From positions 61,716 through 125,715 of the forward strand of contig NW_001865080.1 in assembly GCF_000002865.3 (NCBI RefSeq): a DNA stretch of 64,000 bases, written 5' to 3'. Both the position numbers and the translations under genes were made by a program. Positions within the stretch are counted from its first letter, which is position 1. Each line of letters begins with the position of its first letter. Positions 48,501 to 62,600 of this stretch are shown one piece after another. This DNA is from Monosiga brevicollis MX1. Taxonomy: Eukaryota. The notes beneath the pieces were generated by a model. That model worked only from the letters and a program-made list of their open reading frames with translations, searched no databases and had not been told where the DNA came from.

Positions 48501-51500
48501 TAAAGGTGACGCCGGGAATTTGTGGATCTTGGGTGCTAGCATTGTCTCCTAGCACAACTATCTGCGGCTGCGCATCCGACCCTTTGGACACGGGTAGCTT
48601 TTGCAGCTTTAAATCCATCAAGCGTTGCGATCCCTGCGCGTTTTGACCTCGGACCGGCTTGACGCGCAGATCCAGCAGGGCGCGATAGAATGCTTGCACG
48701 CTGCTGCAGGAGGCTTGCGCACATGCAGCGCCCCTATGATACAATGACGTTTCGCACAATTCACCCGTGTGTGAGACGCCAAAGTAGCAGCAAATTTGCT
48801 CAAAAACAACTGGTTGAGTCGCCTGAACAAGCATCAGGTGTTGGACAGCACTGACATGAGGATGGCTGCACCCGTTGTCGCATTGGTCCACTGCAGGATG
48901 GGGATGCGGTTATGTACAAAAGCGGACATGGCACCCGCTTCCTCGCTCGGGTCCAAGGCATCAGGCAGCAAAAACAGTTCAGGGTAGCTGTGCACTTTGC
49001 GAAAGCCGTGGTTGGGTACTGCCCGCCAACCTACGGCGAGCCCACGGTCCGGTTTGTTGATGAGTGCGGGCGACCGTAATGACCACCAGGGTCTGATGGT
49101 GCACGACCTGTCCTGTGTTGGTCACGAGTCGATCGGCTTCTGCAACGCGCAGACGTACCAGGAAGGACACCCGAGGAATGGTCAACGCCCAGGATGTTCA
49201 TGCGATCAAAGTCAGAAAATAACGTGTCCTGACGCGTTGCATCTACGGCCAATGCCGAGGCGATGGTTTCGTCCAAGCTGGCAAAGAAAAAGAACAAGAA
49301 AGGCAGGGATAAGCAAAGAAACATATGCATTGAGAAGCAGCACCCGCAACGCGGAAGGAGGAAAGAGTATCAGATTGTGCACTCAGGCGTGTGCTCGGAC
49401 ACTTACGAGTGCTCGCCGGCATGGGTGGCCTGTAATAAAACGCGTAATAGAATGAAGCACAGGATTCATGATAAGTCAAGGGGCGAAGGAGAGGAAATTG
49501 GAAACGGTCGCAGTCTCAGATCGTACCGAAAGCGTGCTCACAAGACTATGGAAACTGGAGCTATAAAAGAGAGTCAAAATCGACAAGGGGTGAAAGCTTG
49601 TGACCGGATTCAAAACAAGAAGGGTCATCAAAACAAACCAAGACCAAAAACAAAAACAGGATGACGTGAGGACGCACTCGCGAGATGAGCCGTCACTTGT
49701 CGTGGAGATCATTCGAGATTTGCGGCGGAAGCCTTCCACCACAATGCGGTGGATCGTCTCGAGCGAAGCCACTGTTTTCCGGCCCTGACCAGAACGAAGC
49801 AACAAGGAAAGGGCGTAACAGGCAGAAGCGCCGACCGACAGAGCATGCGCGTGAGGCTTGATCAAGCATGAAACGCAGCGCAGCTCAAAGAGTTCAACCA
49901 AGAAGGGAGGGGTTGCTAGACTGACATCAGCTTGATTCTTTTTGGTCGAGGTGTGCATCGCAAATGAATTCTGCAGCAGCCAATCAGGTTCACGCATGAG
50001 GACGATGAGGCCAGCGAGGGCTGGGCGAGTTCTGTCAGCAACAGCAGGAGTGTCGTCATGGATCAGGTCCAACCAACCTGGTCATTGACTCGTTCAAGCA
50101 CGCGGTGGAGGTTGCCTTCGATATCCGCCAGCACAGGAGCATGAACCTTGTCAACGGTAAGCCGCATGGTCTAATCGAGTCGTCACATCCCCCCCACACA
50201 CGTGTCCCCACGCACACGCAGGTGAGAAAGCACAAATGCCACATTCAAAACAGAGAACAGCACGAGAAGAGTGGTTCCGTGGAGAGCTAATATGCGACCT
50301 GAAAGTTTTTGCCGAGTATGACTATGCCCTTGGTGTGCCATTGTCGCGCCCGCTGGTGTGCCATTCCGTCAATCGAGAACGTATTGATGTTGGCCACGGC
50401 CGCCAAGGGCATGCTGAGAACCACCTAGTGTGGGATGAAATTCAGGGATGTGGGCAGGGCAAAGGCATTCAAAGAGTGGCGCAAAACGGAGCGAGTACGT
50501 ACGGGTGCAAAACTGTCCGTGGGCGCCCAGAACTCAGAAATATCCATCTGATCCTCAAGCTCGTCATCTGATCCTGCATCCAAGTGTTCATGGAGGTCCA
50601 AGTCCACTGCGTCGGCAAAATCTTTTGTCAGTCATCGCAACCAACATCGCAAAAACAAGCAAACAACCCCCCACAAAAAAAAAAAAGGAAAAAGAAACCT
50701 TTTACACCGTATCTGGTCCCCGCAGCCTCGAAAAGCACCCGTCCGCCCGCCCGCAATCCTTGCTCAAAGAAAGACACCATCAACAACAACGCAAACATTT
50801 CAAAAGGGCACAGGCTTACCATACTCTTCATCCAGATCCTCCGTGGACAGGCCCAAAGTGGGAAATGAGGAGCGCGACAGACTGTTGGTCCGACTGGTCA
50901 CAGGCGTTGAGGTACGAGGGGGACCATCACTACGCTCTTGCGCACTGATTGAAGAGGGGGATTTTGACGTGCCCTCTTCGGCCACCGGGGAGAGTTGTGA
51001 GCTTGTAGTCGAACGCAGGTTGCGGCGTTGAAGATTGTCGCTGGCGTATACTCGGTGGTCACCGCGCTCTTGAGCACTCTGTGCCCATCCGGTAAACAGG
51101 ATGCGATAGTTGGTGATATGCAGATTGCCCGTAGCGCAAGCCCAACGGCGCCCATGTGTGTACAACAAGGTAACACCCAAATAGCCAAAGGTCGAAGATT
51201 CAGCCGGCAAAAGAAGGGCCGCACGGTCCGGCAGAAGCGCTATGGCAGTCGGGTCATCAAATACATCAACCACCAGCGAGTTGCGGTGATAGCTAAGGCT
51301 AAGATGGCGCAGGGAAGGTCGGCCTGGACGAGCCTGGCGCTGCTTAGCCTCCGCAGGGATGATGCTCTCCAGCGTGGTGACGTAGGATGGCGCGAGCTTG
51401 CAATAAAATTCGGCCGTTTCTTGGACCACGCGGCGGATGACTTCAATCGCGACCCCAAGGTTGTGCATGTATAAGACAAACTCAGCAATGACACCGCGGG

Positions 51501-54500
51501 CTGCATTGGAAAAGTCGGTCACCAGATCCTCCGAGCCGCCAGCTCGTAGGCATTCGGAGTGAGCGGTTTCCACATGATGGAGGATGGTGTCAACCCAAAA
51601 CTCAATGCTGTCCCAGAGGGGGTGATGCCAGAACTGGTCTGACAAGAGCTGTCGATCGCTTCGTGTGTCTCGGTACGAGTAACCATTGATGACAGGCACT
51701 AGATGCGCAGCCACGCGGTCAACCCAGCTGCGGGCCGCGATGTAGCGATGCAGAGGGGCGCTACCAGCTTCAGCCGCGCTGAGACTGGCATCGGGGGGTG
51801 CATGATTTAAGAGGGTGTGTAGGACGTTGAGTAGGATGTCAAACTTGCGCGCTGACAGTGCAAACTCCCGCTTGGATTCAGAGCTTGTCGCCAGCTTGTC
51901 ACGGTGATGCAGGGTCCATAAGCGGCGGGCAACGCCATATGCCACGTATTCATCTTGAACGGAGGCCTGAAACTCGGTCAGATTGGCGCGGTACCACGTA
52001 TCCAGATCAGCAACCCGTGCGTCAGCCACAATCAGCTGCAAAAAGTCGCGCACGCACTGCGGAGCCCGCTCCCAGCTGGTGCGCAAAAGGGCATGGTCGT
52101 AGTGACGGTGGCCTTCGCGAAGTGGGGGGCGCAGTGGTGTGCGCTTGTTCAAATCATCATCGGCCAAGTTTGCCTCGCCTGGCGCGTGATGTGGAAGTTT
52201 GGGGTCCTCGACGGGAGTCTGTGGCAAAGTGCGGTCGAGCTGCAGCTGTACGCTCGTGTTTGGGGCTTCCTGCAGCGCTGTCCACGCAAACAGGTGAAGG
52301 ACCGTGGGTACGGTCGCCTCCTTGCCTTGCATGTACGACCGAAGAAACAGGTCAAAAGGTTGCATAAAAGCTGCGTTCTTGCACTGGGCAGCACCACAGA
52401 AAGACAGCACCAGGCGGCGTGAGCTCCCGGGCAACGCGCGCGATGCAAGCAAAACAAGCACGGCCCACAAGGCCTGGATATAGAAATGCAGAGGCTGTTT
52501 CAGTAATGCGCCGACCCTACCATTTGGTGCAGAAAGACTTGGAAAGATTGCGCTTCAAACAATTGTTCAAACAGTTCAAGACTGCGGGGATCATCTACGG
52601 GTGCAGGCACCGGGAGTGAGGCCTCAAACAGCCGACCTGACACTCGCAGGGGCAGGATTGGGTGAGAGGTTTACACACCGCTGGCGAGCTTGCGAGAGGA
52701 GCTGAATAACAGCGCAGAAGAGGGCATCAATGCAGGGAGAACAAAGTGACATGTTGATGATAAACAGCGTGGGTGAAGGTGAAAGCAAAAACCGATTGTA
52801 GAGAATAAGTAGCGCAGGTATCGTCATGCAGTTTCGAAGGGGCCATAGCTTTGGTGGAACCCCCGCGGTATTGGGCAACTCACCGTTCGTGGTAGAGAAA
52901 GCAGCGCTGATTGAAGATGGGAGCCCTTTGCTCATCCTTTTGCACGAGCATGGGGTCACCAATGAAAAGAAACATCTGTGAAAAGTCCTTGAGCAGCATG
53001 GTCCAAAAGCGGAGGAAGAGCCAGCGCACACGAGCGCCGAGGCTCCCCTCGCCAATGGCGAGCAGGACGGCTTGCAGCTTGTCATCGGCACTGGAGTGTT
53101 GCGTGCCGGTCGAGTCACCCCCTCGCCGAGCGATGTCACTTTCAAAGCTGTCAGGGCCAAAGGCATTGTATGCTTCGTCAAAGCGAAGGTACTCGTGGGA
53201 TGTGGTAGCATGGTTGATGGCCGTGGTGTACGCCTGAGCAAACTGCACGTCGAGGATGAGCTGTTCCACTTCGGGAAGCGCAGGTAAATCCATCGCTGTG
53301 CTGCCCTGCAGCTGTGAGTCGTCCAGTTGGACGACAATGCCGTCGCCCACGTCGGCCAAAGGCAAGTCATCACTGTGAATGCCCACAAGGTATTGCGACG
53401 GGATCGGCGTCACGTCGGCCACCAGGTGTCTAGTTCAGATGGGGCGCGTGCGAGGTTAGGCCAAGGGTAGGGAATGTGCTGGGAGCGCAAAAGGATGAGA
53501 GCGCATACCGCGGAAGGTTGGGAATAAACACAGACCACACACTGAGGGGATACATCAGTTGTTGGATGGCTGCACAAGCGTGAGCCACGCCTGTCATGTG
53601 GCGGCCAGCCACAATAATCTTGCGGCCTAGGACGGCGTGCAGCACAATGTGAACAACGTCTCGGGGGCAAAGATATTGCAGTAGCAAGTCAATCTAAATC
53701 GCGATACAGGGTCGCAGCACGATGAGCCCGGTCGTGCTCGCACGACGGCGGGGAAAAGCAGAACATCGGAGGGAACGACAACCAAGCCCACCACGCCAAA
53801 AGGGGCCTGCAAGAGGGCCAAGGGGGGGCGGTAGATGGAAAGGCTGGCATTGTGGTGAAGATCCAGACGTTGAATATCACCCTAGGTCGACGTCGGGAGC
53901 CGTTAGCAAGAGGCGGGTTCACACTGAGACGGGCCGGGGAGTTTGTAGGCGGCCTTACCGGCTGTAGACGCGCAGGCTGAGGATGGTGTTGAGCAGTTTG
54001 GCTTGCGCACGGACGGGTTGCTCATAGACGTAACGCAGGGCCGCTCTAAGCTCGATTCCCGCCAAGGGGGGTCTGGTGAGGACAACTGTCGCGCAGGGTG
54101 AGGCGGGTGCAACGAGCCGGGTGCCTGACCTTTGCTGGTACCAGAGCGGCAGATGAGATATGAAGGCCAGGCAACGCATGGTCCGCTCGCCATCCTACAA
54201 TGAATGAAGCACAGAACATCATGTAAGCGAAGGGTTGATCCGTTGGAGACGGATAAGAGCAGGGGAAATCATCGCGCTCAAGGTGCCAAATGGTGTGAGG
54301 CAACAGCGAGTTGTGGCGCAGGGACTGACGGCACGTTCAAGGGCATAGACCAAAGCTTCCAGATAGGTGCGTTGCCCCCGCTGCAGAGTTTACAAATCAA
54401 CCGAGCTGCAGTGAGTGGACTCGGGCTGGCGACGGCGGCGAGCTGAGCATGAGCTAGGTCCATTACCTCATTAGTCAGCACGGCTGAGCGAAAAGTAGGA

Positions 54501-54901
54501 AGTCGGGGCGCTGTGCATGACAACTGCGGTGCATTGCAAGCGATGGTCGCGATTTGTTATTGAGCAGACGCCGGCAAGGAGTGTTGGGCTGGCGATCAAC
54601 GGCACTGCACGGGAACCAACATTGAGGATGCTGAGGACGGCATTGTCAACCGAGCTGCTACTGGCCAGCACGACGATCGACGACTGGGCACGCTGCGTAA
54701 GTCAGCAGGGCACGACCAGCAACACGCCCGTCCAGCCAGTGTGAGGTTGTCGCCCAGGTCTGAGATCAAACGGCCAATAGAGAGGGAAGGATCAGAGACC
54801 GATCCCTGGAGCACAGCGCGCACCTGGTTCGGCGCCTCAGCTCCGTCCGGATCCTTGACGCCCGCCAAAAAGACGAGGTCGACAAAGGGCAACCCAGCCA
54901 T
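45563..54901 (-). CDS. SBF1/SBF2 (MTMR5/13)-like DENN - GRAM - inactive myotubularin protein; many exons, 3' end uncertain
   Basis: uDENN (PFAYMMFC); DENN (VLLGRKII-like HAVLGRKIIVAG; QQLMYPLSVWSVFIPNLP; PSQYLVGIH); dDENN (FLRFWTMLL); SBF2-domain WHHPLWDSIEFW; GRAM (GNLHITNYRILF); myotubularin (GWLTQVADLL...VVVIAMEHGCDAAMQ; FGNFLCN). ATG at 54901. Confidence 0.85.
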
Positions 54902-55350
54902 GCTGCCAAAATGACGCAAGCGCCCCTTGCGCTAAAAAATCAGTGGCGACCAGCTCTCTCCCTGTTGTGATCAGATCATGTCTCCCTCCCCTCTCCTGCG
55001 CCCGCGCAGACAGTGTCGCGGTGTCGCGCTGTCTCGGTCGCTGTGTAATTTCCAATGCTGCAAAAAGTCGTAAGATTACTGCTACAAATTAGCTTAGGAA
55101 AGTATACAAAACTGCATTTACCTTCGAACTAGCGTTTAAAAGTCACACTGAGCCAGGAAGAGAAGGAAAAGCTGATGAAAACTACTACATGTAAATGTTG
55201 ACCTGTGGAGGCGCTCGGCGGCGCGCTGATGCGGATCGGTGAAGGCAGGTGCGCTGAAACCATGTTTCTGCTCTTGCTTGGATTGGATTGTAAAGCGAGT
55301 AGATATGTGGGGTGGCAGTGCTCAAGTCGAGTTGAGTGGGGCAGAAAGTC

Positions 55351-58300
55351 TTAAGAGCTGCAAGAGACGCCGAGGCCGCATGCCGAGGCCTGTTGCACAC
55401 AACAATATGCGGCATGAGCAGGGTTACGAGACACAGCTATGGCACACGGCGGAGACATACCGGGGCGCGCTGTAAATCCTCGCGCTCAGCAAAGGGACGG
55501 CTGTCCAGGCGATTAGGGTGAGTGAGCAGGATTGGAGCCTGGACAACATGACCGACAAGAATCGCATAGGTTGCGTACCGGAGTTCCTCAAGTACTCGCT
55601 GCACTTCCGAAAAGTCGCCCTGCTCAGCCCTATGCAAAGTTCCAGGGAATTTCATGACCCCGTAAGCTTAGCCAGAGAATCACCGTCAAGCAGGCGAATC
55701 GGCCCAGAATCCTACAAAAGCAACTACGCACTTGGCAATGGCAGTCTGCGCCACATGGTTGCGCAATACAAAGGATGGGTTGTGTTCATCCATCACCTAT
55801 AGCAGCCAGAAACCGGCGCGTCAGCGACAGCGGCGCTATTTGACATTGGTGATGTCTCGTGTGTCGTGCAAGCCTGTCACACAGCAGTGGCCAACCTGTC
55901 GGCGACGTGATTCGACGGCATCGCGTGCCATCTGGTCCTGCTTGAGAGCCGTGTCATTGTCGACCTGCAGGCGTGCAGCATATTTGTTGAACCAAAGTTG
56001 CCAATGCGTCAGGTTATCTTCGTCCATGGCTTCTTGCGTCTGTTGTTGCAGTTCTTTGAAACGGGCCGACTTGCGCTGCTCCACATTTAGGACGCCAGCC
56101 CCCAGGCCAATCATCTCGGCCAGCCTAACGGCCACGTGTGAGCAGGAACGCAACAAGAGCGCGCAATGAGGGACCAGGCCCAGACAAAAGCGGCGGCAAG
56201 CAAGGTGTGCTTGGCTCGCCCTGTGCCCACGTACTGAGGCATGGCCAGTAGCTGCCGCATTTGGTCTTCGGGGATCCGTGGCTTACTCAACAGCCGTTGA
56301 ACCTGACACGCACGCGTGGACTGTGAGACAGAGCATCGGTCCGCTTTGCGCTGGCACCAGGACACATTCCAAGCTGCCACATACATCCAGTGGATACAAC
56401 TGCTCTCGCAAGGCAGGCCAAAGCGCCCGGCCTTGGTCGTCGATGGAGAAACGGCTAGGGGATCCGGGAATGCGTCGTGTGTGAGTAAGGTCACACCGGT
56501 TTTGCCACACACCCAGACCAGACTTGTGCCAATGTACCGGCACGAGCCGTGACAGCAGCACAGGCTGACCTCAGCAGACGGAAAGTGTTGGTGAAATCGG
56601 CTGATGTCTTGGCCATGACGGTGAAAAGGGCTTTGATGAGCTCTTGATCCTCGCCCTGAGGATACAACAACCCCAGCTTGGCTCGCATGCCATCCATGTA
56701 AGCCTGCTCAAAGGTGCGGGTGTAGTGCCTGGAACAACAAATAGCGATTTCAGCTCACGAAATGAGGAAAAGTCGGACCGCACCACCGTGCATGCCCAAG
56801 AAGCCACAGACGTCAATCCAAGAAGACAACCGCAAGTACAGGCGGGCGACGAAGCCGTGTTTGAGGTTGTGCTCGCGATGCATACCTGTCAATGATATCG
56901 CGGGCGCGCTCGAGCGGAAGATGGGGTACGAGTACATCGGCGAGGCGGTGAAGGTTCCAACGGCAAATCTCGGGCTGTGACTGGTAATCGTAACGCCCTC
57001 CATCATCGGAGCGGTTGCAGATGAAGTTGGGGTCATACTGCTCCATAAAGCCAAAGGGCCCGTAGTCGATGGTCAGGCCAAGAACGCTCATGTTGTCTGT
57101 ATTGAGCACGCCGTGACACCAGCCCACGCACTGCCACTGGGCGACTAGAGCAGCGGTCCGTCGCGTCACCTCGGCCAGAAATTCAGCAAACTTGTCCTCG
57201 GGCGAGCTATCCTGGGACCAGATGTCGGCAAAGTGGTGTGCAAGCAGGTAGTCGAGCAGTTTCTTGGTGAGTTCCACTTGACCCGGGCTGGAGCCTTCCT
57301 GCATTGTCTTGGGGTCCTTCTCCTTGACTACTTCGAAAGAGCCAAAGCTGTAAAAGGTCGAGCGGTCGAGTCGATGGGGCAAGTGAGTGAGAGCGCGGCG
57401 CAACGCTACAGTGTTTGGTGGGGATGCACGCATACCGCAGGAAGCTGGGCGCAAGGCGGGTAATGACTGTGGCTCGTTCTTGGATCAGGGATCCCGTGTA
57501 AAAAATATCGCGGACCACCCGCGTGTCAGAGGTGATCAAGGATCTAGAATTCCAGCGATTTGAGTGAGGTGTTGGCGCTGAAAGCGAATTGCAGGTCGCG
57601 TCGAAGCAAACGTACCCCGCTCGAGTCGTGGGGATGTTGAGGGCATGCATGGCCTCTGAGCATAAAAACTCTCGGATTGAGGAGCGAAGAACCTAAAGTG
57701 CGGAAGCGCAGGGTGTTAGGTCTCGCATGATTTAGTCGCATGACAAGGCACGGCGTGGATACAGGCGAGCCAAAGGGGAAAGGTCCAACCTTGCGGCCAT
57801 CGGCCTGTCGCGAAAACGGGGTCAGTCCAGCACCTTTGAACTGAAGTTCCCAGCGCTCATTGCGCTCATTGACGACCTGTAGCATGCGAAAGCGGATGAG
57901 CGGGTCGAGCAGGAGTGTGCCGGTTCTTTTATTGCGGGACCGGAGGGGGTGTCACGGGACGAGGGAGAGGCCTGATGAACTCACCTCGCCCAAGTACATG
58001 GCGGCTCCATCCCCGAGCTGACCGGAGAAGTAACCTGGCAAGAATGTGCAGTCCGAAATGAAGCGGCCAGGTTTTTTTGAGCTCGGAGCCTGATTGAGGC
58101 ACGGGAGGCAGAGCACCAACCAAATTGATGGCCACAATAGCAGTGTGCGGCATACTCGGCTCCGGGGATGGGAACATTGCCTGCGTCAGATCGCAGATGC
58201 ATGGCAGAGCCACGGCCGAGAGGGTCAGAATGGCAGCACGATCTGGTTCGAGCAAGTGCGTGGGGGTTCAACGGGCGCACCAGCAAATGCGGCGACAAAG

Positions 58301-58793
58301 TCATCATCAACTTGTACCGTCGCCTCGGTGAGGCCCAGCAGCTCAAGAGCAGGCCAGGACAGTGCAACCACCTAATATTTGAAGACAAGGTAAGGGCGGC
58401 GGCGTGAGCAAGGCGGTGGCGCGAGCAAGACGAGTTGAAGCACTGTGCGCGCGCGCACGCGTGTGTGTGCGTGTGTTTGTGCGGGGGGCGCACTTGAGGG
58501 TTTTCGACGGGAGCCGGTTCAACGCGGGAGTAGAATGCTCCAGAGACGCGACGAGTAAAGTTTTTGGTCTCAGGGTCCACAGGGAGTTCGCGCAGCGCGC
58601 TGTTATCAAAGCGCAGTTGCGCCAGAGCCTCGGCACCGGACTTGCGGGTGGCCTGTGCAGCCGCCGCGTTGGCCATCTGGGCGGTCTGTTGTCGAACAAC
58701 CCCCCAAAATTCCCGACTCAAGGGCTGCCCAGCACAAGCCACCTGCACGTGACGAGACAGGCCAGTCCCAACCCTATGCGTCCACACCCGCAT
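55351..58793 (-). CDS. SELENOO: Selenoprotein O / YdiU protein adenylyltransferase, Cys form; multi-exon, probable mitochondrial presequence
   Basis: [97 protein letters not shown]; last exon [12 protein letters not shown]. Confidence 0.95.
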
Positions 58794-59312
58794 CCACACG
58801 CGTTACAGCGTTACTGCCGTCGGGTCGTCGTCGTGTCGTCGTGTCGTCGAGTCGTCGCGTTTGTCTTGCGAGTGTTTCACTGAATGTGCGTGTGTGGAAA
58901 ATACAAGTGCAAATACACTATAAAAACGCATTTAAGTGTATAATTTGATGATGATGATGAGAGCATGACATCAACTTGCACTAATGCTTTGGAGCTCTTC
59001 AATTTCTATATATTCTGATGCATCTTCTAAGATCATTTGTACGTTATTTTCTGTTGCTGATTTACTTTTTCAACTATTACTCTGATATGTGCGCATATAA
59101 CCATGGTAGATGCTTCTGCTTCAACTTGTTCACACTTTTAAGCGGTATGTTGGTTTAAGAGCGTTATAAGATCTACATCTTCTTAGCAAACTACTGCTTA
59201 AACTCTTGACATGACGCTTTTGCTTTCTATCCACGTGTGGTAGTTTGCTTTCTTTTGTTTCTTTGTTCAAATCCCCTTAAGCACCACTCTTCCCATGTGT
59301 CTTTGCTTGATG

Positions 59313-59347
<35 letters not shown>

Positions 59348-59414
59348 TCTCTTGATGCTCTGTCTCTCTTGATGCTCTGTCCCTCTGTCTCTCTGTCTCT
59401 CTCTCGCTTGATGC

Positions 59415-59457
<43 letters not shown>

Positions 59458-59469
59458 TTCTCTTTCTCT

Positions 59470-59502
<33 letters not shown>

Positions 59503-59512
59503 ACTCGCTGTC

Positions 59513-59545
<33 letters not shown>

Positions 59546-59660
59546 ACGCCTTTCCCTTCTCTTCTTTCTTTCTCTCTCAATTCTTAACTCTCACTCGCTG
59601 TCTCTCTCTGTCTCTCTCTCTGCCTCTCTCTCTCTCTGTCTATCTCTCTGTCTCTCTCTG
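59313..59660. repeat. CT/CTGT-rich simple repeat tract
   Basis: Directly visible upstream of the ankyrin kinase. Confidence 0.9.
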
Positions 59661-59686
59661 TGTGTGTGAGCAAACGGCAGCGACCT

Positions 59687-62600
59687 GATGCTGGTGACGC
59701 GGGTGACGTGGATAGCATAGATCGTATCTGTTAATAGTTTCAGGAGGGTCGGCGTCGGCGTTGGTGTCGGCGTTGGGTGGATGAATGGGTGTGTTGGTTG
59801 TGGTGTGTCTCGGCTTGTTGGGTGATTGACGATCACGTCGCAGCGCGGTTGCGGTTGCGGTTGCGCGCTGTGCTTGAGGCCACGGTGACTCGACTCGGGG
59901 ACCCTTGCGACTCGAATGCATCAACGGGTCCCCGCACGAGGCCAGCCCTCGATACGCTCCAGGATGCAAGATCAAGGTGGGTCGTGTATCGCCTCTTTTT
60001 AAAAACAAAAAGCGCCGTCTCTTCCGCCGCGCGGCGATTTTGCTCACATTGCTTTCCGGCAGACATTGACGTGCATGCCGCCGTGCGTGGACTACGTCGC
60101 GATATCAAGGTATGCTTTGGGATGGACAGCTCTTCAGGGCCTCCTCCTGGGGCAGGCATGCCACGCACTTGGTCGGTGGCCGCAAGTCATGATGGTTGCG
60201 CCCGATTAGAACAACAATGTTGAGCGCGTCGAGCTCGTGCTGCGACGCTACCCGCAACTTCGCGAGCAGTGCATTGAAGGTGTTTGGCCCGGCATTTTCA
60301 ATCACCTCGGTTATCTGGTGGGTGGCTTATCCATTCATAAACCCCATCAAGCAGCACACTGGGCCTCTGGCCTCAACCACAATGGTGCACTGCCCGACCC
60401 TGGTCGTACCATGCTTGTGCGATGCTCATGTGCGATTCCTTCAGGTGCCCTCGCATCGCCTGACGCCTCTCCAGTATGCCGCATCCCTGGAAGATCACAG
60501 TGAGGTCTGTTTCTCAGCCTCCATTGCTGCGCTTCCTGATTCGTCGGCCCTCTCGAGCTGGGCTCCGGCGCACATTTGACTCTTGCATCTCGGCACGGCC
60601 TTTGCCTTCCCCTGCCGACAGATGGTTCGACAACTCCTGCAGCTCCAATGTAATGTCAACTTTAAGGGCTGGATTCAGGTCAGTCGGTTTCGTACCTTGC
60701 TGCTCTTCTTCGTTTTCAAGCATGCTCGTCCATAGGATCTCACGGAAGAGAACCATCCCCTCGGACTGCTCTTGGCTTTGATCGTGCTCCTAGGCAACGC
60801 CCTTGCACCTGGCAGCGCGATGGTCGCGTGTCGCGACGATTGACATGCTGCTCAAGTACGGTGCCAACCCGGCCGAGACGGACATTCTCGGTCGCACCTG
60901 TGACCAGCTCGCGCGTGCCAATATCAGCGAATGGCTGCGGAAGCGCATCGAACGTCATCGCCAAGAAACTGAAAACACAGACGAACATTGGCTCATGATT
61001 GAGCGAGAGCCACCCACCTCGGGTTCAGACCATCTGTCAGACATTAACAACGCCAATGACGCACCCATCCCCTCCAAAGACCCGGGTCTGGTGGTGCCTC
61101 ATGACCGCATTCACCACAAGCGCACACAATCCCATTTGACTGGTCTACTAACCCATGATTCTGCCGAGCCGCTGTCGGAGCGCGACGCGCAGTCCATGCC
61201 ATCGTCTCCAGCCCATCGCTCTTGGCGCGAGTCAACCAGCGGCATGCTGAGTGAAGGGCTTCGGCACCTGCTGCGCCGTACGTGCACGCAGGCTTGCGGA
61301 GTAGCTTCATCTGTTCTGCTGCTTGGGCATGTCCCACGGCATCCTTCTCATAGCCTTGCCTTTACACGACAGGGTCGCCCACATCCGTTTCCATGTCCGA
61401 TTCCATGCTGGAGGGCTTGACCACCTTCTCCTTGATCGAACGGAATGAATTGCTTGACCTCCATCTCGTACGTTTGCTTGGCTTCTCTGGTGCTTCCCAT
61501 GCTTGAATCAAGATCGTCTGCCACACTCGTTGCAGCTGTCCCTCGGTCATCTCATTGTTGCTCACGCTCGATGGCCCTCTTTGGTATGCTGTTTTGTTTT
61601 GTGAAAATAACACCACAACAACAAAACGAAACGAAACTCAATACAACACAACACAAATCAACAGATTGGACGCGGGAGCTTTGGGGCCGTGTATCGGGCG
61701 ACGTGGCAGGGCCACGACGTGGCTGTCAAGCAGCTTGTGCGCAGCTCGTTGCAGTGCACCGACGCCGACTCAGCCCCAGAATTCGACGCCGAGCTCAAGG
61801 TTTTGAGCGAGCTGCGACACCCCAACATTGTCCAGCTCTTTGGCGTGAGCCACACCTGTAAGTCTCACTATTATTCTGCCCGCGCACCTCTTGTGCTCCA
61901 CCCCCCGCCCCTGAAATGTCCTCGGGCACGCATCATCACGGCCACCTGCACGCGTGTTCATCCTATCACTTTTGACATTCATCCTAGATGACGAGTCGGG
62001 CAAGTATGCCGTGTGGCTATGCATGGAATACGCTACGCATGGCTCCCTATACAATCTTCTCTACACATCTGAGGACATGTAAGGCTGTTCGCGGGAACAA
62101 GCAAGAATGAGAATCCTGGTCCAGAAGCCTGGTCCAGAAGCCTGGTCCATGTTGCTGATTGCCCCAACCGCAACTCGAGCCTCACGGGCGTGCACGCTTT
62201 GCCACTTCACTGAACAGCTATGACTTGCGGATTGCTCTTCAGTGGGCGCAGGGAATCGCAGACGGGATGGAATACTTGCATGCCCACGGGCTCATCCACT
62301 ACGATCTGAAATCCCCCAATGTCCTGCTGTCTCTCGAGCCCAGCCTGATGGGCCGGTCCTTGTCAGCGGTCCGTTGCTTATACTGCAAGTCAACTTTCTT
62401 GAGCACCCACCCCGTCAAACTGATCGGCTTGCGCTTGTATCGATCTGCATGGCCTTGTGCAGAGCATGTCCGAGGTGGAACCCGGCGAGCACGATGACTT
62501 CAGCCTCGACGCCTTGGTTCCAAAAATTTGCGATTTTGGCAGCGCGCTCCGCCACGATGCTTGTCAGACGGTAAGAGTTTACGGCACGATGAGGGTTTGT

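Noticed and set aside
55185..55350. Possible SECIS element in the SelO 3' UTR
   Set aside because: The coding end has Cys rather than TGA, and no clear SECIS core was recognised by eye.
62114..62149. Short tandem repeat (cctggtccagaag)
   Set aside because: Only about three intronic copies with no spacers; not CRISPR-like.
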